A stretch of 64,000 nt of DNA from Nitrosopumilus sp. (lineage in GTDB: Archaea; Thermoproteota; Nitrososphaeria; Nitrososphaerales; Nitrosopumilaceae): the NCBI GenBank assembly GCA_965223425.1, contig CBDCWS010000001.1, positions 32,001 to 96,000 of the forward strand, given 5' to 3'. Position numbers and translations under genes: made by a program. The stretch's first letter is position 1, and every line of letters starts with the position of its first letter. The notes beneath the pieces are model-generated. The model searched no databases. It worked only from the letters and a program-made list of their open reading frames with translations, and was not told where the DNA came from. Of the stretch, positions 39,916 to 51,298 are shown in pieces.

Positions 39916-42192
39916 TTGACAAGGGAACTAATAAAAATGCGAATAAATATCCTTATGACTGTTTTCATTACCTCAATCGGAATGCTGCTCTCTATATACA
40001 CATCAATGGTATTTGCAGTAGACCCTCAACCCGCTAATGGGAACAGTCCGAAAACCAAAGATGAACAGAGCCGTCAAATCAAGATAGAAGTCGAACGTCT
40101 GAAAATGGAACTCGCAGAAAACCTAATGAAAAAGAAACTCGTTGAACTTGAAAATCTCAAGGCGATGATGATGGAGGCAAACAACATTGTCACCGTCTCT
40201 GAAGTCAATAAAGCCGAGGAGGATTATGAAACTGCCGTCTCCGACTATGAACAAGCGAAACTAACGCTGCAACAGGTGGAACTCGACTCGCTCCAAGATG
40301 AATGGCATATCACCGTCGAAAACACAAACTTGTATGAATCTGCCGATGGAAAGGAAACCTTCTCGATCACCTTGCGGAATAGTTCATCGCCTGTCAAGCT
40401 CGTTGAAAGTTCCAAAGTGCTGGAAAGAGATATTATCATCAGCGCACAGATCGATGACATCTTCGTCTCGATTAAAGAACAGGAAGATTTTGGCTCAAGT
40501 GGCGCGATTATAGCCGAACCTTATGAACAACGAATTCCGACGCTCAAAGAGGGTGAATCCATTACGTTGGTGTTTGAACTCATAAAAGAGAACGTGCAAG
40601 ATGTCGTCGTAGAACTGGAATACTCGGATCGTGTTGAAGATCACAATATTCACCTCAAACAGGAGGATCCGTATATTTCCGTCGTATCCGCACGGCGATA
40701 TAAGGAAGGCGACCGGCGGCGTTTGGAAGTTGTCCTTACCTACGGTGCACTGAATGGCGAAATGGAAAAAACAGACACTAACACCGCACAAGAAATCAAT
40801 AACGTTTATGTCTCCATTAAAGACGACACGGACGCAATCATCGGATTCCCTTACGAATACCGCATCCCAAACCTGAAAGATAAGCAAGAAAAAATACTCG
40901 ATTTTGAACTCCGGCGAAATGTCGATAGTCTTACTGTTAATCTTAGGTACCTCGACACCGACCATCCCTATAACATCCACTTAGAAGAGGACACACGCCA
41001 CATCTCTATCCTCAGTGCGAAGAAGTTTCGCGTCGAGAACCAGATGATGGTGACAATTCAACTCAAGAACACCTCCACGACGGAGGCGATGCCGAGCAAT
41101 GCTACCCCCGAAGAGATCGCAGCAGCGAATGAGATTCGCGGCATTTATGTCTCCTTACTCGATGTCACCGACGACACAAACATCGTCAAACCGTATGAAG
41201 AGAAAATCCAAGTTATCGGCTACAACGAAACCGTGGAATTGACGTTCCAACTCCAGAAAGATGTCGAGAGCCTCAAGGTATCACTGGATTACCCCGAACT
41301 CGCCGAACCCGATACACGACTCATCTATTTACAAAAAGAATCCGCATTGGATGTCGTAAACGTTAGTTCGCTACGCTTCTCGCAAGAGGGAAACTTGGGG
41401 AGCAGTGTCACCTACGACTTAACGCTCGATCGGTTGGCAGAAACGGAGAATACATTCCAACTACGCGTCATTAACCTACTCAACCGACTCTCTTATGAAT
41501 TCCAAGACCCCGAGACGAAATCTCGGCAGTCTCAGGTGAAGTTCACGCAAGAACAGTCGAAACGGAATCTGTCCCTGATTGTCTACCTACCGGAAGAATT
41601 GGATGCCTCCTATCTCGACAGCACGCTTGAATTCTATGTCGCTGTCCTTGACGAAGCCGAAGCAACCGAACTCGGCGGTGTCAACAACCGGTTGGACCTC
41701 CCTGCGGATAGGATTGCAAGTATACAAGGCGGTGTCGAGCGGTTTGAACTGATTCCAAAAGGTGTTCCAGAGATTGAGGTATTTGTGCCGAATGCGTTCC
41801 AGACTATCAAAATCGGGGAAGCGGTCAACATGACAGCGACGCTACAGAACATCGGCACCCGCGACCTCGTCGATATTCGCATGCTCGTCGATGTCAACAC
41901 CGATTGGAAATACATCGTTACGCCAGAAGTTATCGGTTCGCTCAAACGGAATGAGGAAAAAGAGATACAGTTAACGCTGAGTCCACCTGCGGACATCGGG
42001 GTCGGTGAATATCAGGCGAAGTTGAACGCTGAAGTCACAGTGGATAACCGAAAATTTGAGGCACGCGATCGGTCAATCACCGTGCAGATCAAGTCAAAGA
42101 CGCAAATGTCGGTGACGACCCTGCTCTTCGGCGCGTTAATACTCCTCATGATTGCGATTGTCATTGTCACAATCCGCATTAGTAGACGTTAG
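39916..42192 (+). CDS. Exported protein: alpha-hairpin, three Ig-like repeats, NEW3-like domain, C-terminal TM anchor
   Basis: Repeated I..[IV][YF]VS[IL]...PYE.[RK]I..L......L.F.L; LQNIGTRDL...PPADIGVGEY; terminal TM followed by RISRR. Confidence 0.7.
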   Translation: MTRELIKMRINILMTVFITSIGMLLSIYTSMVFAVDPQPANGNSPKTKDEQSRQIKIEVERLKMELAENLMKKKLVELENLKAMMMEANNIVTVSEVNKAEEDYETAVSDYEQAKLTLQQVELDSLQDEWHITVENTNLYESADGKETFSITLRNSSSPVKLVESSKVLERDIIISAQIDDIFVSIKEQEDFGSSGAIIAEPYEQRIPTLKEGESITLVFELIKENVQDVVVELEYSDRVEDHNIHLKQEDPYISVVSARRYKEGDRRRLEVVLTYGALNGEMEKTDTNTAQEINNVYVSIKDDTDAIIGFPYEYRIPNLKDKQEKILDFELRRNVDSLTVNLRYLDTDHPYNIHLEEDTRHISILSAKKFRVENQMMVTIQLKNTSTTEAMPSNATPEEIAAANEIRGIYVSLLDVTDDTNIVKPYEEKIQVIGYNETVELTFQLQKDVESLKVSLDYPELAEPDTRLIYLQKESALDVVNVSSLRFSQEGNLGSSVTYDLTLDRLAETENTFQLRVINLLNRLSYEFQDPETKSRQSQVKFTQEQSKRNLSLIVYLPEELDASYLDSTLEFYVAVLDEAEATELGGVNNRLDLPADRIASIQGGVERFELIPKGVPEIEVFVPNAFQTIKIGEAVNMTATLQNIGTRDLVDIRMLVDVNTDWKYIVTPEVIGSLKRNEEKEIQLTLSPPADIGVGEYQAKLNAEVTVDNRKFEARDRSITVQIKSKTQMSVTTLLFGALILLMIAIVIVTIRISRR

Positions 42193-42202
42193 AGAAAAAC
42201 AC

Positions 42203-43564
42203 ATGAAAATTGTAATGAACAAAAGATTGACGGCACTTGCAGTCTGTTTATTTTTTAGTATTGCAGGTGCCGTTTCAGCGCAGCGACTCGTCTCGCTTCA
42301 GCCAAAACGCGCAATAGAACTCGCTTTACAAAATAACGAAGCGGTAAAAAAAGCAGAGAAAGTGGTAGAACGCGCCAAGGCGAACCTTCGCGTGTCCAAA
42401 GCCGTTTACCTACCACAAATAGGGCTCACCGGCGAATATCAACGCCAAAAGGATGGCGATATCGACGAGAGAGATTATCTCACTCGCGCACAGATGAGCA
42501 TGCTCTTCGCACAATTCGGCGAGATTCCCCAAGGACTTGATGACGCCCAGGAAGAGATGCGTAAAGCCGAAATTGAATACGAACGCGTGAGAAAAGAGAG
42601 TGTTCACACCGTTCGGAATCTCTGGAATAATATTATTCTCACACAAGAAGAGATTGAAGAACGCGGTGCGATTGCCGCGGAACTTGAGAAAAAACTCGAA
42701 GGCACACAAATCAAACAAACCCAAAAGCGGATCCCGTTCCTCAGTCAACTCAACACGGAACTTGAATTGTCGGAACAGCAACTCGCACTCAACACACTCC
42801 AGCGACAACTCGATGTAGACACCGCCGAACTCATCAGTCTCATTGGACTCGACCCACTGGTACAGGTCATCCTTTCACAGTCGCTCCCTGACGATGACGT
42901 GACATTGGAAGCTGCCGTTGAACTCGCACTCATCAGCAACCTTGACCTGCGCGACTTACAAGGTGACATCGCCCGCCAAGAACGTCTTGCTGGAGAGACA
43001 ATCTGGTATCGAATCCCTGAACTCTCAGCTGCAGCGCGCTACAAAGATTTTGGCGTGCAGTTGGAACAGCATCAACAGAACCAGACGTGGGACGCAAAAG
43101 CCTTCTACGATCCAGTGATACTTGACCGCGGACAAGATGTACGCCATCAAGACGGATGGGAACTGCGTTTCAACCTCAATATTCCGCTATACGATGGGAA
43201 CAAGACGAGGCATCTCCGCTCCCGAGAACTCGCCGAACTTGAGTGGCTCCAGTTGGAATACATCGAAAAAACGAAGTCAATCCGTGTAGAGGTACGACGT
43301 GACTACCGTGCGGTCACAAATGCGAAAGAACGGATGGAGATCGAGGAAAAGCGTGTGAGAATCCGTGAGCAACATTTACGGACAATAGAGCGCGTGCTTG
43401 ATGAAGTCACAGTTGAAATACCCGGTTATCAAAGTTTGACTTACAACGACGCCTTTCAAACACAAGCCCAATTTACGGAGGCACAACGCGTCTATTACCA
43501 GACGCGTCGAGACTATGCAAAGGCAAAGGAACGACTCCGAGAAACAATGCAATGGATCGAATAA
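42203..43564 (+). CDS. TolC-family outer-membrane efflux protein
   Basis: Signal peptide; AIELALQNN...YLPQIGL duplicated as AVELAL..N...IPELS; LNIPLYDG. Confidence 0.85.
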   Translation: MKIVMNKRLTALAVCLFFSIAGAVSAQRLVSLQPKRAIELALQNNEAVKKAEKVVERAKANLRVSKAVYLPQIGLTGEYQRQKDGDIDERDYLTRAQMSMLFAQFGEIPQGLDDAQEEMRKAEIEYERVRKESVHTVRNLWNNIILTQEEIEERGAIAAELEKKLEGTQIKQTQKRIPFLSQLNTELELSEQQLALNTLQRQLDVDTAELISLIGLDPLVQVILSQSLPDDDVTLEAAVELALISNLDLRDLQGDIARQERLAGETIWYRIPELSAAARYKDFGVQLEQHQQNQTWDAKAFYDPVILDRGQDVRHQDGWELRFNLNIPLYDGNKTRHLRSRELAELEWLQLEYIEKTKSIRVEVRRDYRAVTNAKERMEIEEKRVRIREQHLRTIERVLDEVTVEIPGYQSLTYNDAFQTQAQFTEAQRVYYQTRRDYAKAKERLRETMQWIE

Positions 43565-44216
43565 AATACTATTCATAATCACACATAGGGAGAAAAAAAT
43601 GAGAAATCCTCTAACGATACACACTGAAATCAAGCATTTCGATGAACAGGAATTTGTCACACGTGCTCAAAATGGTGATGCCGAGGCGTTTAATCCACTT
43701 GTAAACAAATATCAGCACAAAATCTATAACTTGATTTACCAACAGCTTCGCGACCGAGAAACAGCAGAAGATCTCAGTCAAGAAGTTTTTCTGAAGGCGT
43801 GGCGAGCGCTGCCGGACCTCAAAGACCAGTCTATATTCTATACTTGGATTTACAAAATCGCTGTTAATTGTTGTATTGATTACATCCGGAAACGAAAAAG
43901 GCAATTTGTTTATGCGTGCGAGGAATTGCCAGAAAATCCAGACGATGTTCTGCCGATGCTCCAGACACAGCCATCGCCTTGTGAAATCCTTGAGAAAGAG
44001 GAACTCGGAGAGATTATCCGCAGAGCGGTGCATAAACTACCATCTGGACAGCGCAGTGCGTTCCGTTTGCGGTACTTTCAAGAAATCCCAATAAAAGAGA
44101 TTGCCGTGCGTATGAACAGGACGGAAGGCACGATTAAAACGCACCTGCACCACGCACGTCGAAATCTCCGAAATATGTTGCTTCCTTATCTCCAAGATGA
44201 ACCGATTGCATGGTAA
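43515..44216 (+). CDS. ECF sigma-70 factor (likely start near 43599)
   Basis: AEDLSQEVFLKAW, FYTWIYKIAVN, LPSGQR..F.L..EIA......GTIKTHLHHAR. Confidence 0.9.
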   Translation: MQRQRNDSEKQCNGSNKILFIITHREKKMRNPLTIHTEIKHFDEQEFVTRAQNGDAEAFNPLVNKYQHKIYNLIYQQLRDRETAEDLSQEVFLKAWRALPDLKDQSIFYTWIYKIAVNCCIDYIRKRKRQFVYACEELPENPDDVLPMLQTQPSPCEILEKEELGEIIRRAVHKLPSGQRSAFRLRYFQEIPIKEIAVRMNRTEGTIKTHLHHARRNLRNMLLPYLQDEPIAW

Positions 44217-44279
44217 TGATTTGCTATCACTTCAGACAATGCTGTTGGAGTCTATCACTTGATTAAGTGTGCATCCTGC

Positions 44280-45025
44280 TTATCGCTTTCCATCTTTGAA
44301 TCGTGCGATTGCGCCACGTTCAGCGAGTTCTGCTTTTGCGTAGTGTGCGGGCCTCTGTGAGGATTTCCAGCGTCCTGCGACTTGCATATCAACGACGGTT
44401 GCGCCGGCTTGTGCGAGTGAGATGGCTGATCCGACGCGTAGGGAATGCCCGGAGATAAAACCTTCCACGCCAGTATGTGCGCGTTTCTGAATAATACGCC
44501 GTGCGGAGACAGTTGTGAGGCGTTCCGACTGGACGTGCCCACCGCGACGGATATGACGGAACACCGCACCGCGCGTGATCTCTGCACGTTCGCGATACTG
44601 CTTTAGGAGCTCACGGGTATTCTCACAGACATACAGCGTTTCGCCCGCACCCTCTTGATCGGTTTTTGACGATCGGAGCGTAAGCGTACTGCCTTTGAAG
44701 TCACCGACGTTCACAGCCACTACCTCAGAGATCCGCAACAGACAATCGCTCATCAGCCGGATCATCACCGAATCCCGCAGTCCGATAAGCGTGCCTTCCG
44801 TTTCCGCATAGATACAGACCCTTTCCACATCCTGCCATATCAACCCGTCTACCTGTCCGCGTCCTCTGTCCTTACCCTCTCTGCGGATACCCGCCAGTGT
44901 CGCCTGCGTGATAGGGAAGTTGAGGGTTTCCTGTGATTGGTGTTTGAGTTGCCACTTCACTGCGGCGACGAGCTGTCCGATCGTTGCCGGGGATTTGCCG
45001 TTATCGTGCAGGCTGGTGATGTATT
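44280..45025 (-). pseudogene. Cre-like tyrosine recombinase, 5'-truncated
   Basis: LRISE, SKTDQ, GHSLR, GRW, HY; upstream part of the ORF is AT-rich and non-homologous-looking. Confidence 0.8.
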
Positions 45026-45522
45026 TGAAAGCAAATAGCGTTGTATAAACGCTTTTATATAACGCTAAAAACACAGATTTAGATACGAGTTTTTGTGGTT
45101 TTTGAAAATAACAGGGAAGGCAGAGACCTAATTCTGTTTGCCCGTTTTTTCGGTGTATTTTATATGTAGGGACAATAGATAATTTCGGAATTGACATTTA
45201 ATTTGAAGATAAAGAAGGGGACAAATCTCAAAAAGGTAGGAATCATGAATGGATAGAAATCAACGAGGGTTTTCATAAGTTAATCAAAGATGAATTTACT
45301 GAAATATATGAGAGTATGCCGAATGAAAAGGAATATGATAAATAGTCAAGATTGTAACTTATTGATATTATCGATGCATTCAAGAAACGCTTGTGAATCG
45401 CCATCAAAGCCTCCGACTCCTATTCGGCTTGTTTTAACAGCAGACGGCTTTACTGCTCAGAAAACGTTCATTTTGAAATAGTAGACACACACGAAGTTTA
45501 TAGATGCTGTCGGGGGAATGTT

Positions 45523-46020
45523 ATGCGACTTTCAGATCGCTGTGTACACATCGCTATTATATTCTATCTACTGATAAGCATAGGTTGCTCGGAGTCTGCG
45601 GTACCGGAGGATTCCGTTTTGTTGATTCAAATACGGCTTCGAGGTCCATATTCTGAAACTCATACAGCATTTTACGAACACATTGATAAATATCTTCAAC
45701 TCAAGGAGACGCATCCAGCGTTAGCATTAGAGGAGCTGAAGAAAGCTGTATGGATCCAGTATGAAGGGCATCCGAAGTCCCACGAATATCTGATCCTGTT
45801 ATTTAAGTTGGACACCGCAGGTAAAGCAACACTCCCACAGACACTGGCAGGCAACAAACTCGTCCTTGAAATGGTGGTTGACAACGGTTTTTCCGATGAG
45901 ATAATCCGGCTTCAGAGACGATCGGTGGAAAGAGATGAGCAACGCATCCGAGCTTTGAAAGCCGAAGGAAAAGATCCCGACGGACAATATTTTAGGTTTA
46001 TTTTATTTCCAACACACTAG
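45523..46020 (+). CDS. Hypothetical lipoprotein
   Basis: Hydrophobic signal and SIGC lipobox-like motif. Confidence 0.6.
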   Translation: MRLSDRCVHIAIIFYLLISIGCSESAVPEDSVLLIQIRLRGPYSETHTAFYEHIDKYLQLKETHPALALEELKKAVWIQYEGHPKSHEYLILLFKLDTAGKATLPQTLAGNKLVLEMVVDNGFSDEIIRLQRRSVERDEQRIRALKAEGKDPDGQYFRFILFPTH

Positions 46021-46580
46021 GCGTCTTGGATGTTATTCTCAATAAACTGTCTCTTTTTTGATTCAACTGCCAAAAACAAGTCAAACTCAGTCCTCAATGA
46101 GCGATACGCCGTTGGATGTGACCTGCCTCCGATCTCTTTGTGTCTTCCACATACCCTCAGCTTCGAGATAAGGCAATTTATAGTCTTCAATTTTTTGTGA
46201 GAAAACTATTTCTCCTGAGATGGATTTCACCGGCAATGGAGCGCAATTTTAGCAACGGTCCGCCGCCATTAACCATTCCCTTTAAGACACCTCTGTTAGG
46301 TTGAACGGGAAAGTCGCTTGATATGTTGCCTTGCGTTTGGGCATCTACGCTAACTGCGATACCCGGATGGAGCGCGACATCTATCTCTCCACCACTGGAC
46401 GTGTGGCACTTCTTACGCCCGATACGACTCGATTCGGTTAAGTTCACAAGAAAGGAAGGATATGATGTCAATATTAAGACGATCAACACTTCTTATGTTC
46501 ACGCTGATACTACTCCTGCTCATCTGATGCATAATATGAGCGTGCAGGCGATTCTCGAAAGGATTTTTTGGATGTTTCTA

Positions 46581-47000
46581 ATGAAAAGAATTGTACTATT
46601 CATAATTTTGTTGTTTAGTTTTTCAATGATCTCTTTAGCGGATAACGCCAGATTAGAAGCACAGATAGATGCTAAGCAAGATGTCAACGAAACTGTATGG
46701 GCTTTGACTGGGTTTTCGGTCCCATTACTTATTGGTGGCTATTATATGGCTGGTGGTACGACAGGCGGTACAATCTCATATAGTGTGTTTGTTCCGGGTG
46801 TGTTGGTTGGCGTGAGTACCCACTATTATCCGATTTCGCCTCAATCTGACCGATTTTTAGGGAAATCGCCGGCTTATGTCTCGGCGTATGTAGCCGCTTA
46901 TGAATCCGAAGTCAAATCACTTCGGCGGCGGTCTCTACTTTGGGGCTTTGGATCGGGCGTTGGCTTGTTGATTGTTTTAAGAGCGATGGGGATTCTATAA
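46581..47000 (+). CDS. Small membrane protein (RFLGKSPAYV.AY family)
   Basis: Signal peptide and TM segments; similar to the tail of the 3-3098 ORF. Confidence 0.65.
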   Translation: MKRIVLFIILLFSFSMISLADNARLEAQIDAKQDVNETVWALTGFSVPLLIGGYYMAGGTTGGTISYSVFVPGVLVGVSTHYYPISPQSDRFLGKSPAYVSAYVAAYESEVKSLRRRSLLWGFGSGVGLLIVLRAMGIL

Positions 47001-47109
47001 TTGTACTTTTTTGCGCATGCTACTTCGTGGAGATGTTCGAGAAATCTGTTAAAGCAGCTTCAAAGATTTTAGGATTCAAGTCCAGGCTGCTAACACGGAA
47101 GGTGTTATT

Positions 47110-48542
47110 ATGAATTTGGTTTTGCAGTTTTCGGAAGCGGATATTGGTTACTGGGCAAGTGTGTATAGCGGTGTTTGGACGCGTCGGCAGCGTGAAAGAG
47201 AAGATCATCTTATGGGGCTTGTCGATGAGATTCAAAAGTGTGGCGAGATGACGAGTAAAGAATTGGGTGATGTGCAGAGGTGGAAGTCTCCGCGTGGGAT
47301 TAAGCTTTTAGATGATAACACGGATTCGGAGATTCGTGCAATTACCAGAGATGCGTTTGATGCTACGGACGACTGGAAGAAATTATCGCTCCTAACGGCT
47401 CTTAGCGGGATGCGTGTGCCTCGTGCGTCTGTCGTATTGCATTTATATGATAAAAAGCCGTTTCCGATGGCAGATCGGTACGCCAAGAAATCTATCGGTT
47501 TTTCCGGTAGTTATACACAACGCTTTTGGCGGTCGTATTGCGAATTTACGCGTGATATTGCTAATAGGAACGGTATTATAGTGAAGCCCAGAAATAAGTT
47601 AGCATATTCTAAGATTTATGCTATCCTCTAAGTCTTATGAGCTATTCAACAGATTTACGCAAACGCGTCCTCGACTTCGTTAGCAGTGAGGGCAGCATCG
47701 CAGAAGCCTCACGAAGATTCGGTATCTCTCGAACCTGCATCTATAAGTGGTTGAATGCTGAAGACCCCTTCAGCTGTAAAAAGCCGGGACCCCGAGGCCC
47801 CCGATCCATTGATTATGATGCGCTCAAAGCACATGTCGCTGATTTTCCAGATGCCACACAAATTGAGCGTGCGACTCACTTTGGCGTCTCGAAGCATTGT
47901 ATCTGGTACGCACTGAAAAAACTCAATATCACTCGAAAAAAAAACGGCGGACGTACAAAGAACAATGCCCGCTGAAACGAGAAGCCTATCTCTCCTGGCT
48001 TCAGTTAGAAACCGATGTGCGCGGCAAAACACCCGTTTATATTGATGAGACGGGTTTCGCCACATCAGGTTTCCGTGAGTACACCTATGCGCTGAAAGGG
48101 GTTGCTGTCGCAGATCAGGTGTCAGGGAATCGGTATAGGCGGACCTCCTTGATTGCAGCTCGGATTGCCGAGTGTTTTACAGCACCCGTGCTTTTTGAGG
48201 GTGCCTGTGAGAGTCTTGCCTTTAACGCATGGATTGATCAGATGCTATGTCCGTTGCTTGATGACAGGCACGTTGTGATTATGGATAATGCCTCCTTCCA
48301 CAAGGGTTCACAGACAGCAGCGTTGATCAGGGGTTGCGGTGCGAGTTTGCTATTTTTACCCCCCTACTCGCCGGAGTTGAACCCGATTGAGAAGGATTTC
48401 GCCAACCTGAAGCGGATGCGTCAATACAACGCAGAAGCAACGCTTGATGAAATCATAAAAGTGTATCAGTAATTATGGGCTTTACTATAATATGCGTACG
48501 TTGGATAGGGCATTGTGGGCTTGGGGCTGGTATCACAGTTAA
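47110..48542 (+). pseudogene. HhH-GPD/glycosylase-like protein interrupted by IS630
   Basis: WKSPR, LSGMRVPRASVVLH...P..DR; removal of the IS restores RNGINMRTLDRALWAWG. Confidence 0.65.
47579..48487 (+). mobile_element. IS630-family element, two ORFs with A9 frameshift site
   Basis: TA target duplication; terminal repeats TAGTGAAGCCCA / TGGGCTTTACTA; MSYSTDLR HTH, IDETGF, MDNASFH, PYSPELNPIE. Confidence 0.92.
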
Positions 48543-48645
48543 TCTTTAACCGCGCGTGCTGATCTGCTGCCGCCTCCCATCCTGAAACTTTGAACACAAA
48601 TTTGCGAAGAAGAGAGACGAATAAAGATCAAGTTGGATAGAAAAT

Positions 48646-49752
48646 TCAAGCACTATTTGTGAGGGCACTCAACACAGATCCGAGTTGCTTCGTAAGGTAT
48701 GGAGATTCCTGTCCCACTTTACTTAGCGACTCCATCAATGGAAAAGCAGACCCGTGCCAGTCTCCGTTCCTGTCGTTCACCTGTCTCCCTATCACGATCC
48801 CCGGACCTCGGGTGAAGCTCTTAAGTCGGTCAATACCTTCCTCAATGATGTCCTTGGGAAGGGGTTTTCCTCTTCGCCGGGACCACTCCACGAGGTAATG
48901 GAGGCCTCGCAGGATGTCATATTCGAAAAAGCGGGGAAAAAACGGCTTCAGCCATTCTGGATTTATAACACTCCCACCTTCCTTTGAACAAACCAACCGA
49001 TGCTCAATCAGGTATCGCGCTCCATTATCGAGGAATCTCTTCTCCGCAGCCGTGTAGTCTCGATCTGTGAAAAACAACACGGCCTCCAGGGGTGGCAGAC
49101 TTGATACGATCGAACTCTTACCCGACTTCAGATAAGCGTCCGGCTCACAGTTTAGCCCTCCATCTGAAAGTTGGTGCTTTAGGAACCACCTTCTGATCCA
49201 TGGCAGGTCTGCCTCTGTATCGCATCCACAGGTAGAAAGGATCATATAGAACACGCCCAGTTCACAGTGACAGCAGTCCATTTTTTTCTTATCTGCTTCA
49301 GTCTGTGGAGCATCATGTTCGGTAATAACGAACTCCTGCCAGGCTCCATGCTTGAGCTGCTCCAACGCGCTGTCGACAGCTGACCGGGGAATCCGCGCGA
49401 CCTCCCCCATTTCGTAAAGAATAGCCAGCTGCCACCACGGTCCGTCCCATTTCCTTCTGCTCCCGCGGTCCGGGACTGAGAATGCGCCTTCGGACGATAT
49501 CACCTCAACTGCTGACTCGATTGCGTTGTCCATGTTGACCCCTTTGTCTGCGAATACTTGGGCATATTCCTGTTGTGCCTTTATCAAGAATGTCAGCGGC
49601 ACAAGCAAGAGACTTAATGGTTTCATAACCTCTTTATCAAAATACTCGTTCTGACGCATAATTCCTGCTTGCATCTGAAACAATGTGCTGTGTGGGTTGT
49701 GGATAACAATGCTTTCCAAGTTCTCTACACGCTCAAGATCGGATTCGCACAT
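48646..49752 (-). CDS. Hypothetical protein with a prenyltransferase/squalene-cyclase-like repeat; start uncertain
   Basis: WFLKHQLSDGGLNC; FPRFFEYDILRGL. Confidence 0.55.
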   Translation of the reverse strand: MCESDLERVENLESIVIHNPHSTLFQMQAGIMRQNEYFDKEVMKPLSLLLVPLTFLIKAQQEYAQVFADKGVNMDNAIESAVEVISSEGAFSVPDRGSRRKWDGPWWQLAILYEMGEVARIPRSAVDSALEQLKHGAWQEFVITEHDAPQTEADKKKMDCCHCELGVFYMILSTCGCDTEADLPWIRRWFLKHQLSDGGLNCEPDAYLKSGKSSIVSSLPPLEAVLFFTDRDYTAAEKRFLDNGARYLIEHRLVCSKEGGSVINPEWLKPFFPRFFEYDILRGLHYLVEWSRRRGKPLPKDIIEEGIDRLKSFTRGPGIVIGRQVNDRNGDWHGSAFPLMESLSKVGQESPYLTKQLGSVLSALTNSA

Positions 49753-49979
49753 GTATTTGCTTTTCCGTCATGTTTTGTTCTCTCATCAATTGTTCTTTCA
49801 TTGTTAGTATAACATATAAGGGGGAGGTCAAGTCAAGGTTACTTCCGGGTCAGCTTTTGACTTTTCGCTGATGGCTGTGTCAAACGCCTTGCTCTCTCGA
49901 TATACGCCAGGGGGTAAACACACAGGGGCGTGTCTTGGAGAGGGGCTTAAAAGCGATTCTCGAAAGGATTTTTTAGTGT

Positions 49980-50758
49980 TTATCCGATTTTGACAATCTC
50001 GGCTTCTGTTAGCGGTGTGTCCGGCTCGGTATCATCGCGCAGCCTGGAGAGGTCGTACCCTCTCAATGCGAGTTCCCGGAAGAGTGTTTCGTCTTGTGTT
50101 TCTTTGAGTTCAGCACCTAAAAACTGGAATGACTCTGACGTTTGTATCCTTCTGTAAGGTTCAACACCCGACGCCATGTCCTCTAGTGCCTATCGCGCCG
50201 AAGCATAATTAATTCCGATATATTTCTGTGTGGTACTGACGTTTTCATGCCCTAAAAGCTCCTGCCCGACATAAATGTCGCCCCTCTGCTCATACACCCG
50301 CTGTGCAAAAGACTTACGCAGTGAATACGTCGCTAGCTTACCATTCAAGCCAGCGTCCATAAAAGCCACTTTCAGCATATCGTGGGCCGTCTGCCGATTC
50401 ATAGGCACCGTTCCACTTCGGTTGCGCGATGGGAATAGTGGACGGTTGGGATCAGTGGAATTGTACTGCTCGCGATGCCATTCAACCAGACTGTCAATTG
50501 CCTCTCTGCCGTCTACGTTCACTGGCACGGCTCTTGATACCTCACCGCCTTTTACGATGGAACGATCGTAGAGAAGATCCGTTACCGCAGCACCGTTCTG
50601 AAAAACGTCCCGATCTGTAGGCTTAAAAGCTCACTAATACGCCCGCCAGTACTCACACCTAACAGGAATAAACCGCGATTGCGTACTTCGTACGTGCCGG
50701 AAAAGCATGCAGAAACCAGACGGATTTCTGTGTTGTCTAACGGTCTTGTGCCTTTCAT
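49980..50758 (-). pseudogene. Tyrosine recombinase pseudogene, paralog of 60791-61480
   Basis: MKGTRPLDN...GGRISELL, frameshift near 50600, TYSLRK, LLGH, premature TAG at 50190. Confidence 0.85.
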
Positions 50759-51023
50759 ATACCCTTCCCTCTCACGTTAGGGCTAATGGCATCCTGCACC
50801 GAGGTATAAAGGTGCTGCAATGCCTGAAAATAGTCCATTTCAGCATTCTGAATACGGTCGGGATCACCGGTTGCGCGCGTCTTGCGGAGTTTAGCTAAAC
50901 ACAACCCCAACTGGCGATTCGCATCTTCTAAGATCGTCCAGTGTATATCTGAGATCATACCTGTTTCTCGAAAAAAGCTTGCGAGAATACCCTAGAACCG
51001 ATTTCTGAGCGATCAACACTCTA

Positions 51024-51296
51024 TCATTTAGCGATCGGCGGTTTATTGTAAATGGTAAACAAAGCATTTAACGCCTCGCCAAGTAAGACTTGGATTGATT
51101 TCCCAGTCTCTAATTTCAGAACAAGCAATTGATGATGTGTGTCTTTGTCAAAATGACCACTCACGAGCTTCTTATCGCGTCTTGCATCTGATTGCTGACT
51201 TTTGGGTGCCGGCTTGGATTCTATAGATGCTGGATCAGTGGTAGACGACTCATCCTTTTCAAGGAGATCCTTAAGGTTGTTTTTCAGTTGATTCAT
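51024..51296 (-). CDS. Small ribbon-helix-helix partition protein (ParG-like)
   Basis: Follows parA; KKLVSGHFDK..H.QL..L....GKSIQ.LL.EALN.LF. Confidence 0.75.
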   Translation of the reverse strand: MNQLKNNLKDLLEKDESSTTDPASIESKPAPKSQQSDARRDKKLVSGHFDKDTHHQLLVLKLETGKSIQVLLGEALNALFTIYNKPPIAK

Positions 51297-51298
51297 GA

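Noticed and set aside
9081-48074. Other GGAAACC/GGTTTCC sites (e.g. 9081, 30988, 33005, 35149, 48068) as insertion scars
   Set aside because: They fall in motifs of normal length; the IS630 site is colinear with the second IS630 copy.
31897-50192. Amber (TAG) recoding suggested by in-frame TAGs in the LamG and integrase genes
   Set aside because: TAG is a genuine stop for intact genes here (39852, 42192, 46020), and the integrase also has a frameshift; simple pseudogenisation suffices.
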